Assembly: GCA_964106645.2 (NCBI GenBank)
Contig: OZ067040.1
Strand: one strand, 5' to 3'
Source of the DNA: Podarcis pityusensis
Taxonomy: Eukaryota
DNA: 64,000 nt
The translations under genes and the position numbers were made by a program. Under the pieces are notes generated by a model. That model saw only the letters and a program-made list of their open reading frames with translations, was not told the DNA's origin and made no database searches. The number at the start of each line of letters is the position of its first letter. Position 1 is the stretch's first letter. This document shows, in pieces, positions 24,485 to 38,507 of this stretch.

Positions 24485-24872
24485 GGGATGCAAGTGGCAC
24501 TGTGGTCTAAACCACTGAGTCTCTTGGGCTTGCTGATCAGAAGGTCGGCGGTTCAAATCCCCATGATGGGGTGAGCTTCCGTTGCTCGGTCCCAGCTCCT
24601 GCCAACCTAGCAGTTTGAAAGCACACCAAAAAGTGCAAGTAGATAAATTGGCACCGCTCTGGTGGGAAGGTAAACGACGGTTCTGTGCACTGCTCTGGTC
24701 TTGGTGTTTTATTGTGCCAGAAGCGGCTTAGTCATGCTGGCCACATGACCCAGAAAAACTGTCTGCGGACAAACGCCAGCTCCCTTGGCTTGTAAAGTGA
24801 GATGAGCGCTGCAACCCCAGAGTCCTCTGCGACTGGACTTAACTGTCAGGGGTCCTTTACCTTTACTTTTGC
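24485..24872 (+). mobile_element. Sauria SINE, full length
   Basis: Colinear with the 23462 copy. 13-bp TSD CTTACCAAGGTCA (24472-24484, 24873-24885). Confidence 0.9.
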
Positions 24873-26689
24873 CTTACCAAGGTCAATATAATTTTGCTGT
24901 TTCCATTGCTTCTCCTTTTTTCCTCTTTGTATTTTTTCATTTTGAATGTACTTTTACATAACCAGTTTTCACAGAGAATGATGAAATAAAAAATCAGTTC
25001 TTTGAAGCATGCATTGATAAGTTAAATAATTCAAAACCTGCATTTTCAGCGTTCTAAAATAGAATGTAACAAGTGGCACCTGCAACAAAAACTTACACTG
25101 TGTGAATTCTTGTGCAAGGATATGTGCAAGTGTGGCAGAACAACACTAGTGTTTCTTCCCTTATTTCCCCTAAAGACTACCACCCAAGTTTCAAGTGAGG
25201 TCTACTTCACACACTTCTGAGCAGCCTTAGAGTAATTCATGTGGATGTCATGAAAGCATTGATGCCTCCCTTAAGACAGCTTCTGTGTCTATACCTTCTG
25301 CATGACAGACAGAAATTCAACAAGTGCACTGATGGGGACATGATCATCTGTGAATTCTGCCTGTTCAGCTGTTAAAGTCATGGGGAATAAAATATGGCAG
25401 CCCTGCAGACTGATGTAATGTTATGAGAATAAATGTACCAGTTATGCAGTGACAGTTTTATTATATAGGCATTAATTGGCTGTGTTCAGATATTCATTTC
25501 GATTTCATCTGCAGCCTGTGAACTAGTGCCATGGCTCCACACTCCTCCCTCCCCTCCTCTACTAGTACATCAGCTTCAGGATAGAGATCATTGCTTACAT
25601 TAACCCCAAATTCTTCATTGCATCCAAACTTAGGAACTCTAGCTTAATGTTGATTAACAAACCCGTGTAATAAACTAGGATCTGATTAGGGCTTATTATT
25701 CTGCCATGTTACCCAACATTAAACCAGACTTCTTATGGAAATGTAATGGCAAGTTAGGAACAACTTTTGCAAACTGAGTTTTCTAATGTTTACAGATTCA
25801 TTTCCAGTCCTTTCTAGTAACTTTTCCCAGAATTAGAATAAGTAAAGGTGCCACTTGCTTTAATAATGAACTCAGGTAGTGAGTGCCAACAGGATTGTAA
25901 CCCAAATGGGGAAACAAGGGGAAGGTACCAGCTCCACCAGTGGCAACCAATTTGTCCAAATTCCAAAGCAAATGAGCACTATTTTGCCCAGAACTTTAAG
26001 AGACTTTTGAAGACTCAATAGTGCTTTGAATGGAGGTTCTGGAGGCTACCTGATACCATTGTGAGATCAGGTGATCAGTGGGTGGGTGACTCCAGCCACC
26101 TGACAGTCTTGGACTTCAAGGGGTGTGGAAGATAATAATGTGACCTACTGGCCAAGTCCAGTTTCTTACCCCGGTCATATAGTATCCTGGATGAATTCAT
26201 GGCTGGCTAGCAGAAATCCTGAACAGGAGCATTCTTGTTATGAGGGGGAAACTACTACAACGTGTAGTTTCAAGACCCACCTATGCTAGATCTGGAGTCT
26301 CCAAGGATTAAACCCTCATCCCATGTGGTCCTGGCCACCAGAAGCCAGTTCTAATAAATATGTCTTGAACTGCTTCTGGAGGATGGCCAGGCAGCTCTGG
26401 CAAGATGCCTACTTAGATGTGTTAAGGATTTTCTACTGTCTCAGAAAAAGTAACTGCACCTAGGTTAGAATACACAGATAAAAGCAAGTTAAAATTTCAA
26501 CGAGACAAGACAAGAAAATAATCAAATAAAAAAATACATCAAAAGAACGTGCCAATATAGTACAATCACAAAAGCAGCAGCAGCAAACTCCTCCCTCCCC
26601 TAATTTAAAACACTCACAGAAGTAGTTGGGTAGAAAAGGTTTTCACTTGCTGTTGACTAGTACTACATAAGGATGCCAAGGTTCAGCTA

Positions 26690-26975
26690 AGGAAGGACAA
26701 ATCTGTGAATTTTGGTTTCTCTCACATTGTTATATTTCCAATTTTAGGTCCGCTTCTCCACATTCCCACATCATTGTGATGTTAAAAAAAAGAAGTTCTC
26801 ATTAAAATTCACCAGCAATTTAATGCAAATTTCTCCTGATACACATTTTTTTAAACGTTGCTTGTTCAGAGAGAAGCATGAATTTCAAAACATAGCTGCA
26901 TTTCAGTTTGTGTATTTTTTCATATTAATTAAAGAGTTTTGCACTGAAATGTGAACCGGACCAAATTTCTTCCTT
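26690..26975. mobile_element. Old non-autonomous DNA-transposon-like fragment
   Basis: Resembles an abundant lizard interspersed repeat and shares motifs with 43290-43535. Family not identifiable without a library. Confidence 0.35.
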
Positions 26976-27924
26976 ATGCTGGTTCAACCCAAAAAGATTA
27001 AAGATTTGTCAGTGCAATTCAAGTTCATGGAGCAACCACCTTCTGTCCCTTTTCCCTTTCCCCATGGACCCAGAAACTTACTGGTGATAGTGTTGGAGGC
27101 AGCAGCAAATACTGACAGAGCATATTCTCATGCTAGGGATGGGACTGAGACCATCCTATTGGCACAATTTCTGCCAGAAAGAATGCCCTCTGAAAAAAGC
27201 AGCATCCGCACCCACCCCAGGTTTATGAGATTAGTGGCTCCAGTCCATCCCCAGCTGGAGATGACACCCCTAAGACCACCTTCTGTCTTTCCTGTTGCCA
27301 TAGGTAAATTGCTAGGCCTTAGGGGAATAGGAATGGTAGTTTGGGGGCAAGTAGAATCTTGGGTACCATTCTCAGCTTGGTATGACTCTAATATGAGAGT
27401 TGTTTAGCTACGTGTCCCTTGGGCACAAGGTGAGTGTTATCCGAAAGCAGAGTTATATCATATAAGTTCTTTACTTGAAACATGATATACACACTAGCAT
27501 TCTCCAGCAGGAGGAGAAGACACAAATCAGAGGGTACAAGTAGTGCTTTTTCTCCCCTACAGCACAATAAAGACAATTTTGGTGGGCATTGTATGTTCTT
27601 TCCAGCTTTCTAGAGCATTCCTTCGCTCATTAGTGTTTTTAAGCGCTGTTGAAAGCATGCGAGTGAAGCTAGAGTGTTGGCTTCATCACCTTGAGCTTCA
27701 GGAGTTGAGACAGTTAAGGATAAGATAATTGGAGTAACTTTTTGCTCAGTTACAATTTTTGAACACATATCTATATACTTTGATTCTTTAAAATGCTATT
27801 AAATGTTTTCAGTATAGGCATTGGCAACACAAATATAATAGTGTGATCTTCAATATTTGAATCAGGGAATTGCAATCTCTTAAATACTTATTAACATATT
27901 CACACACAAATTAGCAGTTGTTGG

Positions 27925-27925
<1 letters not shown>

Positions 27926-27964
<39 letters not shown>
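27926..27964. repeat. (TA)n microsatellite
   Basis: About 19 units. Confidence 0.95.
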
Positions 27965-27966
<2 letters not shown>

Positions 27967-28430
27967 ATTGCATTACTTGTTACAGGAAGCCATACAAAAT
28001 GCAAAACAGGAATTTATACTGATGAAATTGTTGTGATTTATGTTATAGTGAACGTTCAAAATGTTATGAATGTTGGCAGGCACATGTAAATACTGACAAT
28101 ACTGGTTGAATTTTGTGAATACCAAAATTTAGACATTGACTGCAGCATATGCATATTCAGATAAGAATGAACAGATTTCCCTATTTATATGCCTCTTTCG
28201 TTCTTTCTTTCTTGTTTTGAGGGTTTGTTCTGCTCTTATCTAATTTAATGTAGGAAATTTTTAAAATTAATTCCAAAATTAGCACATGGACTATTGGCCA
28301 CAGTTTAATTCACATCATTTTTGGTATTGCATTGTTTAACATTATTCTATACGATAAGAGTATTTTTGGGGGGTGGTACCTGTTATATTTTAAGAGCATT
28401 ATTATTAAGCAGTATAACATATCCATTGCT

Positions 28431-28720
28431 TGTCATGGACTAGTTGGATGCAGAGAGGTGGTGGAAGGAAAGATGGCTTAGAGCCCAAGTTGTCTTGGTG
28501 GGACAATGATGAGTGGGCAGAGGGAAAAGAATGGGAAGAGGAGGTGTTGGAAGCTGAAGGGGTGTTGGAAGCTGAAGGGGTAACAGGGCTTAGTGAGCTG
28601 GGAATGTCTGTGGCAGAGAAGTCCAGAATCAGAGGGAAAAGCTGAAACAGGGTAGGAGGGAAGCCAAGAGGCAAAGATGAGTCAGACTGGTGAAGAGTCA
28701 CAGGTGTGACTCAGGGGGTA
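28431..28720 (+). mobile_element. Probable LTR fragment
   Basis: Starts TGTCA. Purine-rich block contrasting with AT-rich flanks. Internal 18-bp tandem GGTGTTGGAAGCTGAAGG. Confidence 0.4.
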
Positions 28721-31700
28721 AAAAACTTCTATGCACTCACCTCCTGCCTTGCCCAAAGCAAAATTGCCCGGCAGTAGATATGGCAATTTCTATGTTAAAT
28801 TATCTGCCACCACCCATTCCACGTCATACATGCATGGTAGAATTGCCTTGCTAGTGTACTATTCTTCACATGTTTACTCAGTACTATTTGAGAGCCACAA
28901 CAGCAGCAACAAGTTTGAAAAATATTTTGCTGAACTCCTGCTTCTCCATCTGCACTACTAGATGCTATCAAGGTAGGAATCCTCACCAAAGGAATTGATT
29001 ATTGTTGATGTTCAAACACAATGCTATATCCAACTAAGTCCCTTTAAAATCAATGGCCTTGTTAGTCACAACTAACTTGAGTCCATTGATTTCAATGCAT
29101 CTACTCTGAGTATGGTTTAGTTGGACACAACCCACAGTGAGTAAGTTACACATTTTACTCTTTTAAACATTGTAACAGTACCCAAAGCCTCAACCCTCTT
29201 GTCACTATGTTTGCTAGAGGCTTTGTTCCTCTGTAACAGCAAGGAACAGAAACATCACCTGAGGTGTGCATAAATCCAAAAGAAAATGGTTTCACTGAGT
29301 TGATCCAGATGAAATATCTGGATCAAAATGAAATATCTTCTCAGGTTTACAAAATGAAATATCTTCTCAGGTTTACACCTCATAAGGTTTTTTTCCCCAT
29401 GACCAATATATCATGTACATATTAAACCTTAGAAACCCAAAGTCCCATTTTGATGCTGGCTTTCTCTCATGCTAGCCTTCCTACTGCTAAATCACGTTAA
29501 AAAATGGATGGTTTTAAACATGCTTTTTTGGTCTGGGGAAGCTCGGCCTCTTATCTTCCAGAACCCATCCTTTAGGCACGCAGAAGAATGACTTGCTCTC
29601 ATTTGTAAGTTACTGAGACTGGTTTTTAGGATTTATATCCAGTGTTAGGACCAGTTCAGAAACACTGTTTGTTTTATTTAAATGAAGCTAGTATTTCTTT
29701 TGCTTTACTAACTATCTTAGAGACCTGAGGTTGAGTACTGAGCCTTTGCTTGGGCAGTCTTGCCCACACTGACTATTCTGCCTCAAGGCACTTAATTACT
29801 AGGAGGAGAGCTGATCTCTGGTTCTTCACTTTGAGATACTATAGGTCTGAATTCTATGTGCTAAGAGTAAAGTATTAAAATACAGGTGGTAGTGGCACTA
29901 CCATCTGTAAATTATACCAGGGGCATTTCAGCGGTCCTTAATCCATTGGAAATTGAAGCTCTTTAATTGGCATATGTGCTTCCCTTCAGTATATCTTTCT
30001 GTGGCATGCCTGGCATTTGACCTTTCCTCAAACTACTTCATAAACTGTTTAGGATGGTTGTCATTTTATTTGGTCTGATGCAGACTTCTTTATAGCAGAA
30101 ACATTTGAAATGAATAAAAACTATTTTCAAAATAATGATGATTATATGTAGTTAGAAATGTGATTAAAATCCCACAGTAGGGGTAAAATCTACTGGTATT
30201 TATTTTAAAAGTAAATAAATTTATAAGAAGTTCTCTGAACAGAGAAGAATATGCTGCAGATAATTGTTAACACAAAGAAGCATTTAAATCAGTGATAACA
30301 TGCAGTTTTAATCTCTGTTGAAATCAGAAATTTTCTTGTATAGCAAGCAAAGGTTAACCCATTAGAAATAGATTCTGTATAGCAAATGAAATATAGATTG
30401 TGTATTTATTATCATGGGCTCTATATTTCACTCTAAGACTAGCAAGTCACCTATAGACATTAGGCTTCATATAACAGTCCACAAATAGTGTCTGAATTTG
30501 GGCAGTTTCAGAGAAACTTTTAATGCAGAGATATTATTTTGAGAGCATATATTAGGACAAGATCCAGGTGAACATGAGACTAATATCCCCTTGCTCCATT
30601 GACTGTTTTGTTTTTTAATAGGGCTATCACGGCTTCTTATGTAGCAATGTGAAGTAGACCCACTTTTGACAGCGCTTTCTAGAAGGGATGTCGTCTACTT
30701 GGCCACCTCAACCAACATTTCTACATTACAATAAAAGGTTCATGATTGAACTAGTGGATGCAATTTTGACTTTTTTGCTTTTAATTTGAAAATGTCACAG
30801 TGATATAATTTTCTTTTGCTTTCCTTGAGTGTTTATTGCACTCAGCAATTATGATTTTTCCCCTTGCTGTGCAGCTTTGTAAAATATTTATTTTTCCCTC
30901 ATAATAATTAATTATACAATTAATGTTTTCCTTGCCCTCTAGAATATGCTGTGCCCATATTATTATTTGCAAACTGTGAGGTAAAATTGTAGAGCTTTAA
31001 GGGAGCCATGGTCAGAGTGTTTGTTGTTCACCAAAGGCATTCCATTAATTCCATCCATACCACTTATCATCTTGTCACTGTTTTCTTTATTTTGGTAATA
31101 TTTGGATACCAAAAGTACATGGAGGGACACAGGAAAAGATGTGTATTGTTTGACATGTCTTGCTGTCCTAACTGGGCAGGGCTTTTCCCTCTTTTTACAT
31201 AGGGGTACTCATTTTCAGCATGTTCTTGTGCAATCACATCTAGTTTGTTGCTAAGCCACTGGCAAAGGTTGGAGGAATGACTGAAATATTCTGTGGTGGC
31301 TGGTAAGCATTTAAGCATCCCAATTTAAAATAAATAATTGCAGAGCTCCTTTTCTTTTCTTTTCCAAAATTATTTGACATTGCAAACCTGCAATTCTTAG
31401 CATTTGTCCTGTGTTTTATGTGAGAGGTGGGGAAATGCAACCAGCCAGAAATTACCAGCCTTTCACGGATCACTTTGGCATATGGAAAGGGCCACCCACC
31501 TGTCAATCACAAGGGATCATATAACATCAGGAGATTGTAAATTTTATCTGTGACTTGTCTTCAAGTTGCAGCTATAAAGAAAAATGTGCAGAAACTCAAG
31601 AAGCACTGGATTTTGCATGCAAAAGAAGAATCATGAGTGCACATTGCAGGACCTACAGTTTGAACTTTCCCATACCTGGCATCATCAGGCACTGTAAAGG

Positions 31701-34700
31701 TGGGTGTAGCTCACTAACAATAGCTTGGCAGGCCAATCTTTGAGGTTTGGTGTGGCTATTAGACCCTTGGGCTGGTTGTGACCCACCATTCTACACACTA
31801 ACATAATTGAAAAGCAGCAAATGAGTTCCTTTCTGTCATACATATTTTGTGTGAATGTAGCCTGCAGCATATTCACTTGCAGGTTCTAGAATGTGGAAGG
31901 TTTTATTTAGACAGTACAGAACAGGATGATGATTAAACCTAAATATTGCAAACAACATAAACCTCTCTGTATGCAATTTCATTAAATCACAAGTAGATGC
32001 CTTCTGTCTACACAACAATAATAAAAGATGCAATATTAAACTGAATTATTCCATAAATAAGTAGATTTGTTGTAAATAACATGCAACTGTGTCAGGCTGT
32101 AAGCAGATCCTTAATTCTAATTATATCAAGTTGAATTATTATCATTGAAGACAGCTAAACCACTGAATTAAAGTTAGGCTTTCATTTAAAATAACAACAC
32201 TTTCATGGGCTTGGATCTTGGCATATGAATGCAGCAGAAAAAATATATTAGAAAATTGTTATTAGATTAATGCAGCCTAACATATATTTTAGCAGTGATA
32301 ATTTAAAAATAGTACTCTTTTGGGTGGCTCTTGCTGCAATACAGCAAAAAACAGTTCTTTCCTAATTTTGCTCTCTAACAGTCTGATGGAGTCCCAGTAA
32401 CTGGAACTGGGTATGTCTGTAGCCTCAATACCTTGCAAATCTTTAGCATCAACAATCTTATAAAAACCTCAATGACTTTTTGCACATCTCTTTTCAAATT
32501 TTTGGCTATGAAGTGATTAAGAAATTCTCCTTTGTGTAATATCTTTTAAACTATTATTAGAAGATAAGGAAATGTCAGATCTCCATTGTGAAGTTCTTAC
32601 TTCTCATTGTTCTAATATTTAAACTCTCTATTCAATAGCTTTAAAGGGTCAGTAGTAGTGGAGAATGTAACTGATCACCCTTGATTTCACCTTTGGAAAT
32701 CTGAGGCACATTTAGTTGCATTCAGTTTTGTTCCATTTTGCTTCTCCCGTTTGTCAATAGGTAAAACTTTTCAAGTTCCCAGGAAAACAGTACCTCCTTA
32801 TGAACAGATGCCCTAGACAAGCTTTCTTTTGTGTGAATATGTTTCATTCAGTAAAAAGGGTGGTATAATGAACATGTCAGCTTAATTTTCAGTAAAAATG
32901 CTGGATTTCCTTTTGCTGAAATGAGAGGAGCAATCACAGGAGTTATGAAAGGAGAACTCTATTCATGAGCACCGGAAGTTTGATAACATGAAGTGCAATA
33001 ATGGGAAATGGTCAGGCTTTGAAGCAAAGGACAAAACTACTTTGAGTGAAGCAACTGAGCACTATGGAAGTTCCACTGAACAAGGAACAAACATATAGAC
33101 ATTAAATTCCGTACAATGGAGCACAACGCTTTGTCTAAAACATTGGTGGCTGAATTAATACATCTTTTCTAGCCCTGCAGCAATACCAAAATGGCATCAC
33201 CACAAACTCTATATAATACAAGGGAGGCACATATTTTTTTTAAAAAATAATAATGTAATGGTATGACATCTAATATTTTGTTGGTTTTGTGGGGTGAATA
33301 AATATAATGATGAGGAATAATATACATTGCAGAACATTTTCCTATGATGTGCAAAGTTTCAGGGACTTTCCTACATTAAACTAAAAGAGAAAGTAAAACA
33401 ACATCACTGTCATAAGGAGGGGGAAATAATTTGTGCTAAAGACTCATTAGCACCCTAAAGCTATAGTATAATTTATTTAGAAATAAAGGTGTACATGATT
33501 GGGATTTAAGTCCTTGTCACCCAGTAGCTCTGTGTTCTCTGAGTCAGCACTTAGTGCTGAACCATATAGAGACTGCAGATTAATGCAGAAGTCACCACCC
33601 ACCCTTTTTGTTCTCAGGTACCCATATATGTTTATTTTAGGGGAAGTTAAGTGATTTGAGCTCATCTTTTAGTAGAAAAATGGCAAAAATTGAAAGGATT
33701 AAGTATATTTCCCCCATGTAGTGGCCTTTACAGACAAACTCGATGTGTGGGGCAGTTGTGTCTCATTTTTGTATGAGTTTGCCTTATTAATGTAGTATAA
33801 AACAAGGATGAGGATGAGGGTCTAGTTGCTGCACAATCAAAGGAGTTCACAAGGAAAGAAACAAAATCCAGCCTTCCTCCATCTTGCCTAGCTAAGTTGT
33901 GCTCTTTTAAGTCATATTTTCCCCAGCCTACCTTCAGTACTGGAAGTGTGCCAGGCAGGGAGAAAATGCCATAAATCTACACAGCACAGCAAGGTGTGGT
34001 GAAAGAAGGAGCAAATTTAACTTTGTTTTCTCACATGCTTATTTTGCAGTATAGAGTAGACCCCTATCCCTGCTTTATAAATTAACAATACAAGTACGCG
34101 TTTTAGATTCATGTTAATTTGCACTGCACATCTAGTTTGCAGAGTCTGAAGATCCATTTTGCAACACAGAAACCTCCATGTGTTTAATGACTGCCCACAC
34201 AGTGGCCTGTAATTCATATACTCCAATGGCCTGTATACCACACATACAGATGACATGAACAGAACATTTGCAAAAGGCTTATGCTTCTAGTTACCTTCAG
34301 TTAATTTGGCTGGAGTGTCGTTTTCCTGAGATCAAAAAATTGTGCAAGATGCTTTTTGCATTTCATCAAATTAGAACATGTAGTTTCCCACAGTGGTATT
34401 TTGAATCCATTTTTGTTCGTACCTTGCTTTTGTTAAATCAGTAGCCACTAAGACTTGCTCCTATTACGCATCTAAGTCCATCAGAAAATGACTGCTAATT
34501 ATTTCACTATGTCCTAGACAGGTTGAAACTGTCACTTCTGTTTAGAACATGCAAATGCTCCTTATTCACCTAACTATAATGGAACTGTCAAATTATGGTT
34601 ATGTCAGACCAGAGCCAGGACACACCAATTCAGAAGATAGATTCAGAAGAATCTGTTTATTCTTATTTTTATCTGCTGAACTCAGTGCTTGCTTTGTATA

Positions 34701-37700
34701 TTACTATTTCATTAGAAGTTATGGTTTTAATTATACTTGTAAACCACCCTGAATGAAGTGCATGCATTAGAATAGTGGGGTAGAAGTTTGCATTTAAATA
34801 AAATAAATGAACTTATTGGAGGATGGGGTAAAACTTAGGAGGAAAGGCTTGGTGGGCCAAGATAGAAATGAGATACTAAACAGAGTTCAAGAGGCAAAAA
34901 ACCAAGGCATTCAACATCATGCTATTACAAAAGTTCTGTCTTCTGCAGCATATCAGCTTGTCAAGCAGAACAACCCCCCTTCTGCCATGTGCTGTTCTAG
35001 GAGTTCTCCCTACGCCCCCCCCCCCCAGCCAGTTTTAGGAATCACATGGGCATATTTTGTTTTATTATATTTCTATGCCACTTTTCATTCAAATGAATCC
35101 CAAAGCAGCTTACAAACAATAAATAACAATAACATGATAGATTGTAATAGAACATCACAAATAAGCATAAAACATATAGAATAATTAACAAATCATCAGT
35201 GAGATTCCACAAGTCTCTAAGGACAGACCATCTATATCAGTTTCTCCACTGTGAAGGAGGGAAAATGTCACCAGCATCTCAAACCTCACCAGGAAGTCAT
35301 CTGTCAGTTCAGAGCTGTTGCTTTAACCCCAAATCATCAATATGTGGGAAGTGCCTTGAAAGGAAAAGATCATGTCTATTAGAGTAATAATTGATGTTAG
35401 TCAGACATCTGAGAGTTTTTTTTATTTTATTTGGGAAGACCATAGCCATTTGCTTGGCTTACAAAATACTGCAGCAGTAAATGTGGAAAAACAAGTAGTA
35501 ACTTGTATTTACTAATAGAGTAATCTGTATCTCTCCTTTTTAAAATATATTTTTAATGAATATTTCTGGAAGAACCTAAAGTAGGGTGCTATATTTTCAA
35601 ATTATCCACTGCCTATGCCAGTCTGGCATATTGTTTTTCTTGTAAAGGTAGCATGCGTCTTAACCTGATGACCTATAGACATGTTTAGGGTGCAGTTCTG
35701 AGAGCATTGTATTCAGGCAACAAGTCAGTTGTTTTTCACAGAAATTGGTTCTTTCTCTAATATTTTTCATTCTGTACACAACTGTAACAGTCCACAACCA
35801 GGTGAGAATCCAATTCGACACATCTTTGTTCAGAAGTGAGTGATGTAATAAATAAACCCTACTTAACAAGTAAATGTTCATGATTGGAGCCTTATAATGC
35901 CAGCCAAGTCATTATCATTGGTGGTTGTCATTGCCTGCATTTAACACCCAGGTATGCCAACAACAGTTTTAAGAATATCCTTCCTTTCTTAATTGGGAAT
36001 TAAATATCATATTAAAAGGTCAAAGATGGAAATATTATGCTAATTTACAATGTTATATCCAATGGTCTTTTAAAGCAGACACTGACATTCCACAATTGCT
36101 CACACAAACAACATCAAACGTTGTAGGTTGTATATAGTAACTGAGAAAGTTAATTCATCTGAAATAGATGTGAGTTACACAGTACTCATCTTCAGAGTGG
36201 ACCTTTCATCTCATTCCAGGATAAATGATGCACAGTTCTATTCCACTGTAAAATTCTGGAACATTGTAAGCAATGCCATTTGCTGTGGCTGCCAGTATTA
36301 CGTAGTATCCTCACACTATGCATTCATTTGGCAAAATTGCAGTCAATTGACATTTAAAATTCAGCGCTGTTCACTTTTGTGGTTCTGCTTCCAATGTGTT
36401 CAGTCCTCCAGTTGCGTTTTTTCTTGGCATCCCCTGCCTTCTGAAGAATCCTTGGTAGATTGCTCTCTGTAAGAATAGTAAGCAACAGCAGACGTAGTAA
36501 GCAATTGTTTGGCTGAGGGCCATGATGTCTGTCAGCTGCACTTTGATCAAATATGATGTGATTGAACTGCCTTTCATTTCTTTAGATAGAACACATCTCA
36601 AAGCTTTACATATAAACTGAACAGCAGCTGATACTATAATGGACAGACAAGAGATAAGTTCCAAAGAAAACAGTGAAATTTAATTTACTGAATAACACAG
36701 TTTTCATGTTCCTTAGTTTGATTAAGGAGGCTGTAATGTAGACAGTGAGATATTCCTTAATTACATTTTTCTCTAATAGTGTTTGGGCTTTATAATTGGA
36801 AATAATAATTTACAGTGAATGTAAAAAAACTAAATATTTTAAATAGACACTATAATATTTCACAGTGGTATACCCTTATTTTAAAACATTTCCAACATCT
36901 AATAATTTAAATTTTTATACCTTGCTTTTCTTTTTAGATTAAATTCAAAGCAGCTTACAAAAAATAATATAATACATAAACCATAATACAATAAACACAA
37001 CATATGATTCCAATTACAATGATAGTCCATTCTGCAGTATTTGACAGAAATAGCTTTAGGTGATAGACACAAAACATTATTTTGGACTAAAGGTAACTCT
37101 GATATATTACAAAGTTCTGCAAGAAGCAGTGAGCAAAACCAAAGAGCTAGTAGACTAAAAGTGAAACCGTTATGTAAAACAGCCCTATTAATGGGCAAAC
37201 CCATCTCTGATCCATGCATGTCATAACCTGCATGATGTAAAACAAGGCAAGGAGGCACTAGTTGGCTCCAACCGCACCAGAAGGTCTAAATAGCTAATCA
37301 CTGCCGCCTACCTGATTGGCCAGTATGCCCCATGTGGCAGGGAATGAATGCTCTTATGTTCCATAGTCATGTGTCTCCAGCCTGACTTCAACCAGAACAG
37401 AATAAATCCATCTCCCTCCTGAGTACAGAGGGATGGCATTTTAAAACTTCATAGCATGCAACATCAGGATAATATTTTGCCTTTAGCATGTGTGAAAAAA
37501 GTGACCTATAGAAATTATTTAAAATCTTAACTTCCTGAACCACCAGAATGAAACCTCTGCTTCTGTTGCTAACATTGTTGTGGTTATCAGTGGCAAAAAG
37601 TTTTAAAAGAAAATAAATCAGAAAGGGGAAACCACTCAGGAGCTACTAGGAGTTATTCTGCGAGCAGAAAAATTTATAAAAAATTAAAAAGAGAAGACCT

Positions 37701-38397
37701 GGTGAGGCTGTTATCCTTAATGGAGGCCCTAAGCTCTTCTTATCAAGATCTTAACCTTGAAGTAATATTGTTTGGCCATCTCATTGAATTAGTTATTATA
37801 CAGTCCCTAAGTTTAGTTTCTGTCTTATTCTCTCCCACCCCTGCATAGATCTGCAGAGTTCTGTGAATCACAGTCTCTGCCTGGCTTCTTTCCCCAGAGT
37901 CCAGGATACTTATTTCTTTTCTTTAGCTTTCCTGCTCCAGGGTGGTGAAACTTCCAGATGTTGGCCTCTGCAAGCTGTGGAGCTTCCAAAGTATAGGGCT
38001 GTTGCTTCCCTCTCCCTATTTGCCTTATCCTTTGTCTACTGATTAGGGTGGCACTGATGCACCCATTCCTGTCTTGTCACTATCCCAGCCAATTTCCAGA
38101 CCGACTGTGTTTATACTTGACTGAAGACTGGAGCTTCATGTCAACAGTTTAGGATAGGCATTGCATTCATGGTGTCCAAGCCTTCAGTGTAGTATTTCAT
38201 AATATATATACAAAAGGAGTCAACAACTGGCTGCCCTTGGGTTATACTTTCCCTGCGAGGTGCTGCTTGTCCACCAGTTGCTTCCACAAAAGTAGAGGAG
38301 GGAAGATATGAAGGGAGTGGCAGCTGTGGCAACTAGCCTTCCAAGAATCCCACTTGGCTAGTACGAAGTATGTATCATCCCCTTCCTCCTCTCAAAA

Positions 38398-38507
38398 TGA
38401 CTTTTCAGCAGAACTGGTTATTGAACAGGGTTATTCTCTGTAGAATAATTTTATTCTCTGTTATTCTCTGACTTTTCAGCAGAACTGGTTATTGAACAGG
38501 GTTATTC
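38398..38507. repeat. 39-bp direct duplication with TTATTCTCTG micro-repeats
   Basis: 38398-38436 is identical to 38469-38507. TTATTCTCTG occurs at 38431, 38451 and 38461. Confidence 0.9.
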
